Shown: positions 39,610-54,499, counted from the first letter of the stretch. The stretch is 64,000 nt of DNA from Eledone cirrhosa (GCA_964016885.1 OZ024740.1:266476001-266540000); one strand, 5' to 3'. Numbers and translations: made by a program. The notes: generated by a model from the letters alone, not told the origin.

Positions 39610-39752
39610 TCTGAGTTCAAATCCCGCCGAGGTTAACTTTGCCTTTTATCCTTACGGTGTCGATAAAATAAAGCACCAGTCACGTACTGGGGTCGATTTA
39701 ATCGACTTCCCCCAAAAAAGAATTACTGGCCTTGTGCATATATAAGAAACCA
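39610..39752 (+). mobile_element. 5'-truncated Nin-like SINE
   Basis: B box, core and ggccttgtgc..gaaac tail. Confidence 0.85.
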
Positions 39753-40022
39753 GTATTATTGTTTGTTGTTCACTTTGGCATGTTAGATGTTGTGGTAGTA
39801 ATGTTGTTGGTTTGATGGGGTTTACGTGAATTGCTCACGTGGTTTTTTTCAACATATGTAGAGTGTAGAGCGAGTCAAGGCTTCACATAACAAAACCCAA
39901 CATAGATATCAATCCCACATTTTCTAGCATTTCACTACTTCTTCTATTATCGAAAGCTGCTCCCGATTTGATCTGGTTGAGGGACTAATGTAGCGAAATT
40001 TCTTCACACTTTCCTATGACGT

Positions 40023-40230
40023 TCATTTTTCTTGTTGTCTTGAAATGTCCAGCAACCTTCTGTTGATGTCTTTCACTGCAACATGTTTTTGTGCTCGTTC
40101 ACATAGCCATTTGGGATCACATTGTCTGGTTTGAATGTTTGTAAACACTCTAGCAATCGTTTCTTGTTGTTTCAATGATATGGCCAAATGACAATTGAAT
40201 TTGGTCGTTGGAGTCCTTTTCAAGAAGTCA
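40023..40230 (-). pseudogene. Helitron Pif1-like helicase fragment
   Basis: IARVFTNI..KWLCERA..V..IN..LL resembles the WLxERAILAPxN region of Helitron helicases. Confidence 0.6.
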
Positions 40231-41049
40231 ATTTCCAAATGTAAGTAGCTGGATGGCAAACTCACTGACATCGTCATCACAAGTCAAGTGCACTCACATA
40301 ATCTTGATTTTCCCAGGGTTTGTTTGTAATATATATATCATTAATTTTAGAGAGAGGAAAAGAACGCCAACACACACACACACATATATATGTGTCTAAT
40401 TTATGAACGCCAACATACACACGCGCAGGCACATACACACACTGTCCCTTTACCCTTTTTGTGAAAGTAAGAGAAAGAGAGAAAGAGGGAAAGAGAAACA
40501 AAAAAGAAATGTAAAGTAAAGAAGGTAGGGGAGAGTTAAAATGTGAGTAAAGAATAAATAATAAAAATCACCTCAGTTTCTTTACTTTCCCATCCCCAAT
40601 TATCGAACACAGCTCAATCACATTTTGTTTTCTTTTTTTCTCTTCCCCAATCCCCCCTCACGCTCTTCTTTCTTTCTCTTTTTCTCTTCAATCCCCCCCC
40701 CCTCTCTCTCATCTTTCTTTCTCTTTCTCTTTCTCTTTCTCTTTCTCTTTCTCTTTCTCTACAGAATGGAGAAATAAAACAAAATGGATGACTTCTTTCG
40801 ATATTCATAAGGGAATAAAACAATTGAAGTTAAATAGATTCCTTGCTTCGCAAAGTAAAAATATCGTTACCATTACTTGTCCGAGGGTCTAGGGAATGTA
40901 CATATGTAATTTTGTGGATACACGCCCGCTAGTTTCTGAGTTTTAGGCAGACAGACAGAATCGAAAACTTGCATATATATATATATATACATAGTTGCAA
41001 ACGAATATTGCTGTTGATGTTCGAAAAACTCAGATTACATATATATATA

Positions 41050-41750
41050 TTATAAAGTTGACGGCCGTATGTATGTAACAAACTTTTCGCCAAACGGCTG
41101 GACCAAACAGCACCAAGAAAGTGAGGATATTTTTGTCTACTAAATTTGGTTAAAAGATTAAAGATATTTTATTGTTTATTTAAATATTCACTTCTTTAAA
41201 ATTTTCAAATGTCAACACTTCCGGTTAGCGATCTCTCTCTTTCCTAGTCTGTCTTTTTAGACATATACATAGCTATAACGTCACGCCCTTATAATATCAG
41301 TCTGTATGTCTGACTGTTTGCATTATGAAAACCATTCTGTACATTGACTTCGTTATCTGTGTGTGTGTGTGTGTGTATATGTATATATATAGTGTGTGTA
41401 TATATATAGTGTGTGTATATATATAGTGTGTGTATATATATATATATAGTGTTAGTATCAAAAATAAGAGACAGTTTAATTTGTACATTTTATTACAGCA
41501 TTCCTATATTCGTATATATACATACATAAACATGTTATTTACAGTTGTATAAAAAAGAAGTATAATTGCTTCTACTTTTGGCACAAGGCCAGCAATATAC
41601 CAGTACATTACTGGTACTTTATTATATTTAATATATATCATACGACATTCTTCTCTCTTTCTTACTCTGTCTTTTTAGATAGATACATAGCTATAACGTC
41701 GCGCCCTTATAATATCTGCCTGTATGTCTGCCTGTCTGCATTGACTTCGC
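41050..41750 (+). mobile_element. Helitron-like internal repeat fragments plus a SINE tail
   Basis: ttttagatagatacatagctataacgtc(a/g)cgcccttataatat near 41255 and 41672, also near 43360 and 52928; SINE 3' piece 41564-41620. Confidence 0.6.
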
Positions 41751-41814
41751 TTCTAACCAACTTTTAATTAATTATATATATAAATATATATATATAATTA
41801 TATATTCGTGTACA

Positions 41815-43130
41815 TATTTTCAACAGTAATACTATACTATATATTTTCAACAGTGATACTGTACTGTACTATATATTTTCAACATTAATACTATACTATA
41901 CTATATATTTTCGACAGTAATACTATGCTATATATTTTCAACAGTGATACTATACTATACTATATATTTTCAACAGTAATACTATACTATATATTTTCAT
42001 CAGTAATACTGTACTATACTATATATTTTACAGTAATACAGTATTATATATTTTCAACAGTAATACTATACCCTATGTTTTCAACAGTAATATTATACTA
42101 TATATTTTCAACAATGATACTGTACTGTACTATATATTTTCAACATTAATATTATACTATACTATATATTTTCGACAGTAATACTATACTATATTCAATT
42201 CAATATATTTGGCAGAAATTAAAACATACATGCTTCAGATGCCATGTAAGGAGGGGAGGAGGACAGCATTTACACAGTCCGAAACACAGTGGTCCAACAC
42301 CGGTCCAATTTCGCCTTGAATTGTTGCGTGGTTGACGCGTTGACTACTTCTTCTGGAAGCCGATTCCAGGGTCCAGAGATGCGGATCGAGAAAGCAGCTT
42401 TCCGCCTATTTAGGCGAAAGCTGCGGTGAAACAGCTTTTTGTCATGTCCACGTAGACCCCTTTCAAGTGCTGGAGTGAATAGGAGATCTTGAGGGAGATC
42501 GTAATGGCGATTGAAGAGATTGTAAGCCAAAATGAGATCGCCTCTTAGCCGTCGACGCTCCAAGAAGAAGAGGTTCAGCTTCTGCAGCCGGCTTTCGTAG
42601 GGCAGCTCATGAAGACCCTGTACCATTCGAGTCGCTAGTCGTTGAACTCTCTCCAAGTGATGGATATCCCGGATGAGATATGGGTCTGATGTTTGGATGC
42701 CATATTCTAGGTGCGGTCTCACGAGGTCGACATAGAGAGGCCTGGACATTTCTGGAGTAAGTTTGGCAAAGGAGCGTCGAATAAGAAAAAGAGAGCTCCT
42801 TGCCTTGTTTGCGGCTTGAATGCAATGTTTTGATGGTTTGAAGGACGAATCGACCAGCAGACCAAGATCTTTAGGCTCCTCAACCTCCTTCAAAGGAGCA
42901 GTGCCACCGTTGAAGGTAAGAGCTGAGTTATAAGGTGTACCCACTGCCATATGGCAACACTTCAGTAATACTATACCATATATTTTCATCAGTAATACTA
43001 TGCTATATATTTTCAACAGTAATACTATACTATGTTTTCAACAGTAATACTATACTATATATTTTCAACAGTAATACTGTACTATATATTTTCAACAGTA
43101 ATACTATACTATGTTTTCAACAGTAATATT
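41815..43130. repeat. AT-rich minisatellite (~25-33-bp units, atattttcaacagtaatactatactat) interrupted by CR1
   Basis: Arrays at 41815-42192 and 42962-43130. Confidence 0.9.
42192..42960 (-). mobile_element. CR1-clade LINE, 5'-truncated
   Basis: KDLG..LVRPHLEY..LERVQRLATRMV..YESRL..LERRRLRGDLI, stop at 42270, short 3' UTR and (ATTGA)2 tail. Confidence 0.9.
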
Positions 43131-43131
43131 A

Positions 43132-43153
43132 TCTATATATCTAAAACAGAGAA

Positions 43154-43194
<41 letters not shown>

Positions 43195-43470
43195 GACTCA
43201 CTAAAACTCGAGAACCACCCAACAGATTTTTTTTAAACTTTACACATGTAATACTTATGGTCGTGTGAGTGTTTTGAGCAAAGAAATATTTAAAATTTTC
43301 AATGCCCTAAGGACCGCATTAGGCGATTTAACGATCTCTCTATAATTCTTAGTCTTTCTTTTTAGATAGATACATAGCTACGACGTCGCGCCCTTATAAT
43401 ATTCTGTATGTCTGGCTGTCTTCATTACGACATTACGACATTATCTGTATGTGTGTGTGTATATGGATAT
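43132..43470 (+). mobile_element. Helitron 5' end
   Basis: A|TCTATATATCTAAAA followed by (GTCT)n and family repeats shared with 52860-53500. Confidence 0.75.
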
Positions 43471-43589
43471 ATGTGTAACGTTTTTCGAAATATTTATTTC
43501 TGCGTTCACAGATTGATTTTTTAGTTTCAGAAGATCCCGTTAAAGGTGAAAGCAGCGATTCTTTTCTTAAACTTTAATCTTTTATTTAA

Positions 43590-43648
<59 letters not shown>

Positions 43649-43840
43649 TAAATCTACCAAAAGTTTACGGTAGTGTCCAATCCGTATGAAGAACTCAATG
43701 TAATCCGGATATCATGGAAAGAAGAGATGCATTCAAAAATCACTTTCGGTGAAAGATAAACGGAATACAGAGTCAAGATAAAATGTTAAAAAAATAATGA
43801 ATAAAACAATGAAACAGTTCCTTATATTAAACAAAAAAAG

Positions 43841-43993
43841 TTCATTATTTAACGATCGTTTCTAGGACATATATGTGTTAGAATTGGCATGCATATTCAA
43901 CAGATCTATGTACAAAATTATACAAAATTATACAAACTATCAAATATAATATACATACCAACACATACATATGCCGTCTTCAGAAATAATGAA
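43841..43993 (-). ncRNA. Type I hammerhead ribozyme (inverted copy of 45042-45194)
   Basis: Same motif on the minus strand. Confidence 0.72.
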
Positions 43994-44341
43994 ATATATT
44001 TATTGATAATAACAACAATTCAAAATTACAGGTCTGTTTGGGAACAGAGTTCAAATTGACCAATGAAATACACAAAAATATATCAAGAAAATACAGTTAG
44101 GTGTGTGTATATATGTAAGTAACCTCGTTCACAGATATGCATAAAAAGATATATTCACATGCATACGCATGCCGAAAAAATGTATGTAAATACAAAAATT
44201 CAGGGCTAATGTCTCTGTATGTTTATAATCTACAGACAAAATACACATACGTATATAAACATATATACACTCATATGTACACACATATACATACATTCAT
44301 ACACACACGCGCATATACACATAAACATACACATACCCACG

Positions 44342-44486
<145 letters not shown>

Positions 44487-44720
44487 GTATATATTATTAT
44501 TATATCTATATGGATATTAAGGCGCACACATAAACACTGCCACATATATTTACATCTAGATGCAGAAACTAATGTAGGTAAGGGGGGGCAGTAATTACTG
44601 AGGGTGTCAGACAACTGCCTATTTATAAAATGTATCTATAAATTTAGAAATAAAAAGAAATATATTAAAAAGAAATAAACAAGTAAAATATATACTCATA
44701 CATAAAATACACACCGATAT

Positions 44721-44845
<125 letters not shown>

Positions 44846-45041
44846 TATAGAGACATATACATATACATATATAAATACATAGACACATATACATACACAC
44901 ATATATATATATATACTTATACTCACAACACATATATATATATATATTTCATTGTATTTCAGTGTATTTCATTGGTCAATTTGAACTCTGTTCCCAAACA
45001 GACCTGTAATTTTGAATTGTTGTTATTATCAATAAATATAT

Positions 45042-45194
45042 TTCATTATTTCTGAAGACGGCATATGTATGTGTTGGTATGTATATTATATTTGATAGTT
45101 TGTATAATTTTGTATAATTTTGTACATAGATCTGTTGAATATGCATGCCAATTCTAACACATATATGTCCTAGAAACGATCGTTAAATAATGAA
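45042..45194 (+). ncRNA. Type I hammerhead ribozyme with ~110-nt stem II domain
   Basis: Perfect 10-bp stem I UUCAUUAUUU/AAAUAAUGAA, CUGAAGA at 45052, GAAA at 45173, palindromic ACGAUCGU, GUU site. Confidence 0.72.
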
Positions 45195-45248
45195 CCATTT
45201 TTGTTTAATATAAGGAACTGTTTCATTGTTTTATTCATTATTTTTTTA

Positions 45249-45307
<59 letters not shown>

Positions 45308-45312
<5 letters not shown>

Positions 45313-47843
45313 AAAATTGAACGGGAACAAAACAGAGAGGCAGTACGAACAAAGGTTTATTAGTTTCACGCTCTTGAGAGTGGGGTGGTGGTGGGGAACG
45401 ACGTTTCGGGCATAAGCCCTTCTTCAGGCGAAAAGTGTGTGGGAGGAGAGTTCCAAGGGTGTGTGGGGGAGAGACATTTAGAAAAAAGGAGGTGAGAGGA
45501 AACGGTACAAATGAAAATAAATATAAAAGCATAATAAAAATAAAAATAAACATGAAGTAAAACAAGTGGTGGAAGGGTGTGGGGCGTGTAGGGGTGGTGG
45601 CGGGTGGAGTGGGGAGAGGGAGGCGGGGTATCCGAGCGTGGAGGGCTGAAGGTGGTGTGTGTGTGTAGGTGTACGTGTGTGTGTGTATGTGAATGTGAGA
45701 GTTGGGGGAAGAACGGGTTGCAAGTTCAGGAAAAGGTGTGTGTGGGATGGGGTGTAGGTCGGTGTGTGTGTGCGTGTGTGGATGGGGAGGGGTCAGAGGG
45801 GTGGGGGAGGGGAGGAGAGGATTCCGGAGGCTGAGTGTGTAAATATGTGGTGGTACGCACGTGTGTGTGGTGTTTATACGTATTGTGGGGCTAAAGGAAT
45901 AGGGGTGGGGAGTTCAGGACGGGGAGAGTGTGGGTCTGTAGGGTGAAGATGGTGCGTTGTTCGACCCTGAGGAGGGTGGCGGGCGATGGGAGAACTACCG
46001 CCGAGACGAATATCCCAGAGGTGTTCGGTAAAACGTTCCGCCAGGCGACGTCCAGTCTGTCCGACGTCCATAGACTAGGCTGGAGGAGGTGCAGCGGAAG
46101 GCTTGCTGGACAGAGAGAGAGTGGCCGTTGGAACCCTGGAAGGTGGTGATGTTGGTGATGTGAGGACAAGTGTTGCAACGAGGCCTGGAACAGGGAAGGG
46201 AGCCGGGGTGGGGGGGGGGGGCTGCGGACGAGGAGAGCGCGGAGATGCGTGCGCGTTTGAAGGAGGGGAGTGGTGGGGCTGGGAAGATGTGGGAGGTGGA
46301 GGGGCCGTACTGGAGGCGTCGGAAGAGGTGGAGGATGGTGCGGTGGAGGGGTGGTATGTGATGTGGAAGGGGAGACGGTAGGTGGGTGAGCGGTGGCGTG
46401 GGGTGAGGATGGTGGAGCGGTGGACAGCACGGGTGCGGGTGAGAGCGATGTGGGCGAGATAGGGGGGGGGGGGTAACCTCTGCGGATGAAATGGCTGACT
46501 AGGGAAAGGGCCTGGTACTCAAAGTCAACATCTCGGCTACAGAGGCGGCGGATCCTGAGGAGTTGGGAGTAGGGAATAGAGTGTTTAGTGTGTGTAGGGT
46601 GGGAAGAGGTGAAGTCGAGGTAGGAGTGCGAGTCGGTGGGTTTGAAGAAGGCGGAGGTGACGAGGGGGTGGTGGGAGGGGTCGAAGGCGACGGAGATGTC
46701 TAAGAAGTGGACGTGGGTGGTGGAGATAGAGGTGGTGAAGTGGAGGGAGGGGTGGAAGGAGCAGAAGAAGGAGAGAAAGGAGTCGAGCTGTTCTCGGGTG
46801 AGGGTCGTGGATCCGATACAGTCGTCGATGTAACGACCGTACAGTTCGGGCGTGGGGCCGGTGTACTGGGCAAAGATTTGGGCCTCAACATGGCCAACAA
46901 AAAGCTTGGCTACCCCCGTGACCTGTTGGTAGAACTCACCCGAGAAAGAGAAACAGTTGAGGGTGAGGACCAGCTCTGCGAGGCGAAGGAGGGTGGAGGT
47001 GGAGTGGATGGGGGAGGGACGAAGGTCGAGGTAGTGCTTGAGGGCACGTAGGCCGTCGGCGTGGGGGATGACTGTATAGAGCGACTTGATATCTAGGGTG
47101 AAGAGGAAGGGCGGTGGGCCGGGTGGGAAGGTGAAGGAGTCGAATAGGCGAAGGGCGTGGTTGGTGTCGGAGATGTGGGAGGGGAGGGTGGTGACGAGGG
47201 GGCGAGGATGGAGTCAAGAAAGGCGAAGATGAGTTCGGTGGGGCAGTTGCAAGTGGAGACGATGGGGCGGCCGGGGTTGTCGGCTTTGTGGAGTTTGGGG
47301 AGGAAGTAGATAGTGGGGTGCGATGAGGTGGGAAGTGGTGGGGGGAAGGAGGAGGAAGGTGTTGGATGGTGGAGGAAACTTGTTGTTGGTAGAGGGGTGT
47401 GGGATCGGAGGGTAGAGAGCGATAGAAGAGGGTTTACGGAGCTGCCTTAGGGCTTCAGCCGTGTAGAGGTCAGCGCGCCACACCACCACGGCGCCTCCCT
47501 TGTCCGCCGGTTTGATGACGATGTCATCTCGGCTACGGAGGGAGCGGAGATGTTATTCCGTTGGGACCGGTGGCGGAAGTCGAAGCGATTAACTGCGCTA
47601 CGGCTGGCATCGACGAACGCGTCCAGGGTGCTAAATTGCCCTGGGGCCGGCGTCCAAGACGATGGTCGTCGGCCCAGGGCGAGAAACGGGTCTGGGGCGT
47701 TCGGAGCCGGTGGCGTTTGACCGAAATGTGCCTGTAGCTTCGTGCGTCGCACGAATCGCTCGACTTCCGTTCGGGTGCGGAACTCGTCGCTGTGCGGAGT
47801 GTGAGGTTGAAGCGAAGGCTTCTACTGAGGAGTGAACGCTCAG
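45308..47843 (-). mobile_element. Neptune-type Penelope-like element, degraded
   Basis: IKPADKGGAVVVW, RPIVS, FTLDIKSLYTVIPH, RYIDD, FLDI, KPTDSHSYL, VGQTGRRLAERFTEH; hammerhead-like core CUGAAGA-A-GGGC-UUAU-GCCC-GAAA-CGUC at 45398-45428. Confidence 0.9.
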
Positions 47844-48319
47844 GTGCTTTATATCAGTTATAATAATATTTGCTTGTTGTATCCCAACAATTTAAATAGA
47901 ACTTTTGCATATATAGAATATATATATATATAGAATATATATATATAGAATATATATATGATAGAATATATATATATATCCAACCGTGACCATGTCCACT
48001 GAAAGTTTTCATGAAATAGTCTTTAAGACTATACAGAGCATTTGATGTTTTTCCAAATTGAAGGATAAGTATTTTAAACTTTATTTTATCATGAGTTAAG
48101 GGTCTATTGATTTTTCCCTGGATTTCACTAAATTCTGTGGATGAATTTGTATCCTGATTCTCTTTTGAGATGAGTTTGAATTATTTTTCCTAAATCTTAC
48201 GTTAACTACTTTTCCCATCTTGACGACATAGTCGCATATATGTTATAGAATACTATTAGCTTCTCGCTAAAACAATTTCTATACCTTTCATTTATATATA
48301 GACTATATATATATATATA

Positions 48320-48483
<164 letters not shown>

Positions 48484-48527
48484 ATACGATATTAAATAAA
48501 TGGAAACTATATTTATAAAACCATATT

Positions 48528-48592
48528 TATTTCATTATACATATTTCAGGGATACCAAATTAAAATATAGTATGCCTTCATCAGACAAAATA
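48528..48592 (-). ncRNA. Type I hammerhead ribozyme in 3' pseudo-LTR
   Basis: UAUUUUGU-CUGAUGA-AGGCAUAC..GUAUCCCU-GAAA-UAUGUA-UA/AUGAAAUA. Confidence 0.72.
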
Positions 48593-50000
48593 CAATATAT
48601 AAACAGTTTTATAAATAATTTTGACGTACCCTATTAGAAGCGACCATTACTTTTGGAAGCTGTCTGGATAGTGATATGTTTATAATTATTTTATTAGTTG
48701 TAGTGTTAAGCACAGTTAGAAAAAAGACGGAGAGAAAAGAAAAACGGAGATAAAGAAGGAGAGAGAAAAAAGAAGGAGAGAGAGAAAAGGAAAATATATA
48801 TAAAAATAGATAGGAGGAAATGAAAAAGAAAGAAAGAAGAAAGAAATACGAAAGACAAAAAAGAAAGCAACAGAGAGATAATAATTCATCATACAGATAG
48901 AGAAACTCAAGAGAGAGGAAGTACTATATAGAGAGGGGAGGATACAGTGACAACCTTACGTCATGTCATATTAAGTTAAATTATCAATTCATATGAAATG
49001 AATAATAAAAATGTAAATATCAATATTCATGAATGAGACATAGATATATAATATGAGAAAATAATATTGTTCAATAATGACCATATGTTTAGTTTAAAAC
49101 CTTGAGGTCAATATACCAAAATCTGAGTTAAAACCTTAAAAAATTACCCTATTTATAAAAATACGGATACATATATGTATATATATATGTACGTTCTGAA
49201 AAAAAAAAGAGAAAATTATGTCTACTCCAGTCAATAATATAGACATACAAATGATTTCACTTGATCACTTCTATACATTTCTTGTGTTATAAAAAATTTC
49301 ACAGTATCTATACATAAAAATACGATTAATATTCATGTCCTCACATATATGATTACCGTTCATGTATTTAATATTATGCATATCTGCACCACATATCAAC
49401 ATATACACACACAATCATACATGCACAGATATATGTATAAATAAACATCTGCGTGAGTTTTCCAGCATCGTTATGCATATATACAGACATATATACGAAC
49501 ACATAAATAAACTCCATAAACCTTTTATATGCATGTTAATACACACAAATGGCCTTTGTATAGAGATAATCAAATATCAATATATTAACACAGAAATATC
49601 AAAGCATTAAAATATCTTTAACACACTATAGAGTATCTCAAGTTAAAAACAATATGTTTTATATATTTATTATAGAAATCTATCCTACCTATATCTCAAA
49701 CAAGATATTGCAAGGGTAGACATATGAAAGTTATTAGAAGCTATCAGGGTCAAAAAACAAAAAAACAAAAATAATTTAAAAGATTTAGAAGACCCAGTGA
49801 TTCTACGGATGATCCTATATTTAGTATAGGAATTTATCTTACGTAAATTTTATTTAATACATTGGGAGCATATACATTTTAGAGTAGTTTATTATATCCT
49901 TGTTTATATTTAGGAAGAAAGTTTAAAAAGAAAAAGGTGAAGGAATCTAATGATTTATCATCAGGTTTCATATATTAACTAAATTTCTTAATTAATTATA

Positions 50001-52224
50001 CTACATTTTAAATTTATATTTATATTTAAACGTTGAGTTCAATCTATGTCTGCAGCAACTGAATAAATTGCTCCTTAAATTAAGGGAATTTTTGGACTTT
50101 AGTATAAAGAATATTTCCTCTACACAAAGATCACAAATCTCTGATGAGGAATTAAAAGGAATCCCTTTTGAGACAATATTCCAAATCATCGAATATTTAA
50201 CATTATCTCGTTTAAGGTGCCAGAGTAGGCTAGATAGCGAAGTTGAGGATTTTTTGTTTGGATCTGTGAAAGAATTCTTATGATTATTGAAGCGAAGTTT
50301 AAATTCTGTCGAGGTGGAACCAACATAGTTAAAAGAATTTAAATTAGTTTTAACATTACAATTGTACACTACATTTTTAGCTAAGCAGTTGTTATTTAAC
50401 GGACAGTTAGATTTATTTCTACAGTTACAGTTATTTAATTGAATATTGTTTGGGTTATTATTGGTATTTTGGTTAGGTTTTAAATTCCTATTATTAATTC
50501 TGTTAATATTTTGTGCTAAATTTTTGGTGGACGAGTAAGTTAATTTTATAGTGTGTCTATTAAAAATTGAGTGATATTTATGTGTTCTAGGGAAGCGTTT
50601 GTCAAGAGCATTAAAGAATAGTTTAGCAATATGGGTTTTAATATTTAGTGAGAAAGGTGGGGCAAACCATAATATATTTCTAGTTCTATTTCTTTTTCGG
50701 CTTTTGGAATTATTGTAATGTTTTCTATTATAGTTGTTAAGGTTGTTACCGTAATTAAAATTGTTATTATTTTGGTTAGTTTGCTTATTATTATCGATGT
50801 ACTTAATTTTATCTCTATATCCTGCTCTAGCTAACGCTTCATTGTAATACTGCGCTTTTTCATCAAAAATATTTTTATTAGATGAAATTCTTGAAATTCG
50901 TTCTTGAACAGAGTTCACTATAGTATTTTTAACAGATCTGGGGGTGATTAGAGTTAAAATTGACATAATTCAAGTTATCATTTAGTTTGTGAAATGGATA
51001 GTGAAGACATGTGTTGAGATTTAGTGTTACATCCAGAAAATTGATTATTCTATGGTTATTCTCTATTTCTATTTTTAGATTAAGGTAATTAAAAAATTGT
51101 ATAATTTGTTTTCTTTTTCTATTTAGTTCACAGCTATTATTTTCAATAAGTAAAAGCATGTCATCACGATATAATCCTCCGGTTACACCTGGTATTTTTC
51201 TATGTAGCGAATTAATTATAAATAGGCCCACAAGGTCCGTTACCTGAGCTGAGTCAGATGATCCCATAATTATGTCGAAATTATTATCTCTATCTGCCCT
51301 AGTCCATACTTGGTTATTAAATTCTATCAATGTTTTCCTTGCCGATAATATAATGTGCATTTCATTGCTAGTTAGGTCAGTATGTTTAAAAGCGTAATTT
51401 AGTGCCTTATTCAGTAGATTAGGAGTGATAGATGAATAGTAGTTAGCAATATCCAGCTGAATAAACTTATTATTATAGTTATATTTAATTTCTTTAAACC
51501 ACTCAATAACTTCACCAGTCCCCTTCCATAACTTTAAGTAAGGTAAATTATGTAAGTTTTTAATTTGTTGTATTACCCTGTCTAGAATGTTTTTGCTAAG
51601 TTTTCCCAGGTCAGATTTTGATGGTGCAATTAATCTGACTGGCAAATCATTTTCAAAATTTCTTTTGTGATCTTTCATATTGATCTTGGGTTTCCTAGGC
51701 AGGAAGGGTTGTGTTTTATTCTCAATGTCTAATTCATGCATTATGCAAGATGCCTCTGTATTCATTTTTTCCAGTTCGTCCTTACTTGCTACCTTGTACT
51801 TTTTCCTTAGTTCTTTCAATATAAGGCCGTTATATATGTCCTTTTGTACTCCATAAAGGTTATTAGTTTTGTCCGATTTCACTAAGATCTTCTCTGTTTT
51901 TTCCAAGCTTTCAATATTATCCTTAATGAATCTTAAATAGTCCTGGCCTTTGAAGTTTCTCTTGAATTTGATTCCTTGGATGATAGAAATTATATCGTTT
52001 TCAAAATCCATTAGTAGTTTGTTGGGGGGTGGATTTTTTTTAGATTTGAAAATTTTATCCAAATCTGAAACATTTTCATTTAGATTAGATTTATCAAAGT
52101 GGAAAGCACGCCACCTGATTCTTCTTATAAAAGAGTATGATTTTTCTATTAATTGTTTAATAAAATCTTTGTTCCTAGGTAGAGGTATGTCTTTTAGAGA
52201 AGAAGAGATCTTAAAGAATTCCAT
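50001..52224 (-). pseudogene. PLE reverse transcriptase + GIY-YIG endonuclease, single frameshift near 50940
   Basis: VKSDKT, VRLI, LDIANYY, MGS, GLYRDD, FLDV, SNHP, WFAPPFS, CNC-x5-CPL-x3-C, VVY..YVG, CDLC..CRH. Confidence 0.92.
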
Positions 52225-52426
52225 TTTTTTCAGTTATAAAAAAACTGAAAAAAATTATAATGTAAAGCGCTCAACAATACTGGAGCAGAATATATGCAAA
52301 AGTTTTATTTAAAATTGTTGGGATACAACAAGTAAATATTTTATAACTGATATAAAGCACTCGACAAGTTTTTGGAGTAGATATACGATATTAAATAAAT
52401 GGAAACTATATTTATAAAACCTTATT

Positions 52427-52491
52427 TATTTCATTATACATATTTCAGGGATACCAAATTAAAATATGGTATGCCTTCATCAGACAAAATA
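52427..52491 (-). ncRNA. Type I hammerhead ribozyme in 5' pseudo-LTR
   Basis: Copy of 48528-48592, 3899 bp away; stem II AGGCAUACCA/UGGUAUCCCU. Confidence 0.72.
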
Positions 52492-52857
52492 CAATATATA
52501 AACAGTTTTATAAATAATTTTGACGTACCCTATTAGAAGCGACCATTACTTTTGGAAGCTGTCTGGATAGTGATATGTTTATAATTATTTTATTAGTTGT
52601 AGTGTTAAGCACAGTTAGAAAAAAGACGGAGAGAAAAGAAAAGCGGAGATAAAGAAGGAGAGAGAAAAAAGAAGGAGAGAGAGAAAAGGAAGATATATAT
52701 CTTAAACGAGATAATGTTAAATATTCGATGATTTGGAATATTGTCTCAAAAGGGATTCCTTTTAATTCCTCATCAGAGAATTGTGATCTTTGTGTAGAAG
52801 AAATATTCTTTATACTAAAGTGCAAAAATTTGCGAGAGGGGAAAGTCGGTTATATCA

Positions 52858-53014
52858 AATTTTCTATGCCCTAGGGACCACATTAGGCGATTTAGCGATC
52901 TCGCTCTATAATTCTTAGTCTTTCTCTTTTTAGATAGATACATACTTATAACGTCACGCCCTTATAATATCTGTCTGTATGTCTGACTGTCTGCATTACG
53001 TCACTTCCCTGGGG

Positions 53015-53081
<67 letters not shown>

Positions 53082-53678
53082 AATCCCTAAAATTCGAGAA
53101 GTACCCAACCGATTTTTTTCAAACTTTACATGTGTATTACTTATGTTTCAGGGAGTGTTATGCACATAAAAAAAATTCAACTTTTTTTTTTATCTCCTCT
53201 GCCCGCATTAGGTGAAAAACTGCGTTTTAAAACATTTTTAGGGGTTTTTTTAGGCGTTACGTCAGACCGATTTCCTTAAAATTGTAACTATGTATTAGTC
53301 AGTCTCTTCTTTATACCGTAAGCAAAGAAAATCCAACTTTCTTATGGCCTAGGGCCCGCATTAGGTGAAAAACTTCATTTTTTCAGCTTCTTAGGGCTTT
53401 TTGGAGGCGTTACGTCTAGCCGATTTTTCCCGAAATTTCAAGGCATATTATGCACATAAAAAAAATTCATTTTCTTGAACCCCTAGGGCCCGCATTAGGT
53501 GAAAACCTGAATTTTTCCTGCTTCATCGAGAAAAATCTTAAAGATTATCCAGCCATCAGAGTATTTGGTTTATTTTCTTTACATATTGTCCAGGCATGCA
53601 GTTTCTCCACGATTAGGTCTATTGGCGGCCCGCGTTTCAAAATACCTTATCCCGTGCAACGCAGGGTACCACTGCTAG
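52858..53678 (+). mobile_element. Helitron 3' portion
   Basis: Internal repeats cctagggcccgcattaggtgaaaa; terminus CCCGTGCAACGCAGGG-TACCACTG-CTAG|T at 53651-53679. Confidence 0.85.
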
Positions 53679-53862
53679 TGATAAATATAATTAACACTAC
53701 AGAAGAAAATGTGAAAAAAATAAAACATTTTCCTGGAATAATAATTATAGATAAGACAAAGTTGGGTGTGTGTGCGGAGGTGCTTGTGTATGTGTATGTG
53801 TGTTTGTATGTGTGTGTGTGTGCGCGTGCCTGTGCGTGTGTATGTGTGTGAGTGTATATGTG

Positions 53863-53984
<122 letters not shown>

Positions 53985-54499
53985 CGTGCGCCATCTCGTG
54001 TAACAGATAACACTCCTTAACGCACGAATGGTGCCGCCCAGACATTTTATGTATATCTATGAAACATTTTGTAACAGTTGGAAACTTATGGTTTGGTAAA
54101 AATTGTCACAACAACTGATTTATTAGTTCTTTTGTAAAGTCACTTCGTTTAAGTATCATATATATTTGTGAGATTGGGTTGTTGATGTAACGAGGAAGAA
54201 TGTACATCACCTTCAAATCACATTGTAGAAAGAGAAGATATTCACTGAATTATGAGATTTTATTCATTTATTTGTTCTTTTAAGGTCGGTAGATTGGCAG
54301 TACTGGTACCAGTAACGCACTGAAGTTGATTTGATCCGTATATCTCTACGAAATTCGGTAGGATGGGGGCAAAAAATTGGACAAATTCATCAAGGCAATC
54401 AACAATAGTTCTATATGATCAGCGACTTAACTATCATCAAATCATCTAATAATGACTTCAAAGTTATTGATATATCCCACGAATTAATTATGGTCATCA

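Noticed and set aside
41815-43130. Repeat array that might look like CRISPR
   Set aside because: Units are contiguous with no unique spacers, there are no cas genes and the context is eukaryotic: a minisatellite.
49940-49975. SECIS-like hairpin after the Naiad stop codon
   Set aside because: Lacks the 3' GA of the quartet and the ORF has no in-frame UGA.
50140-50165. CTGATGA on the + strand inside the PLE ORF
   Set aside because: Antisense to SSE codons; no hammerhead stems.
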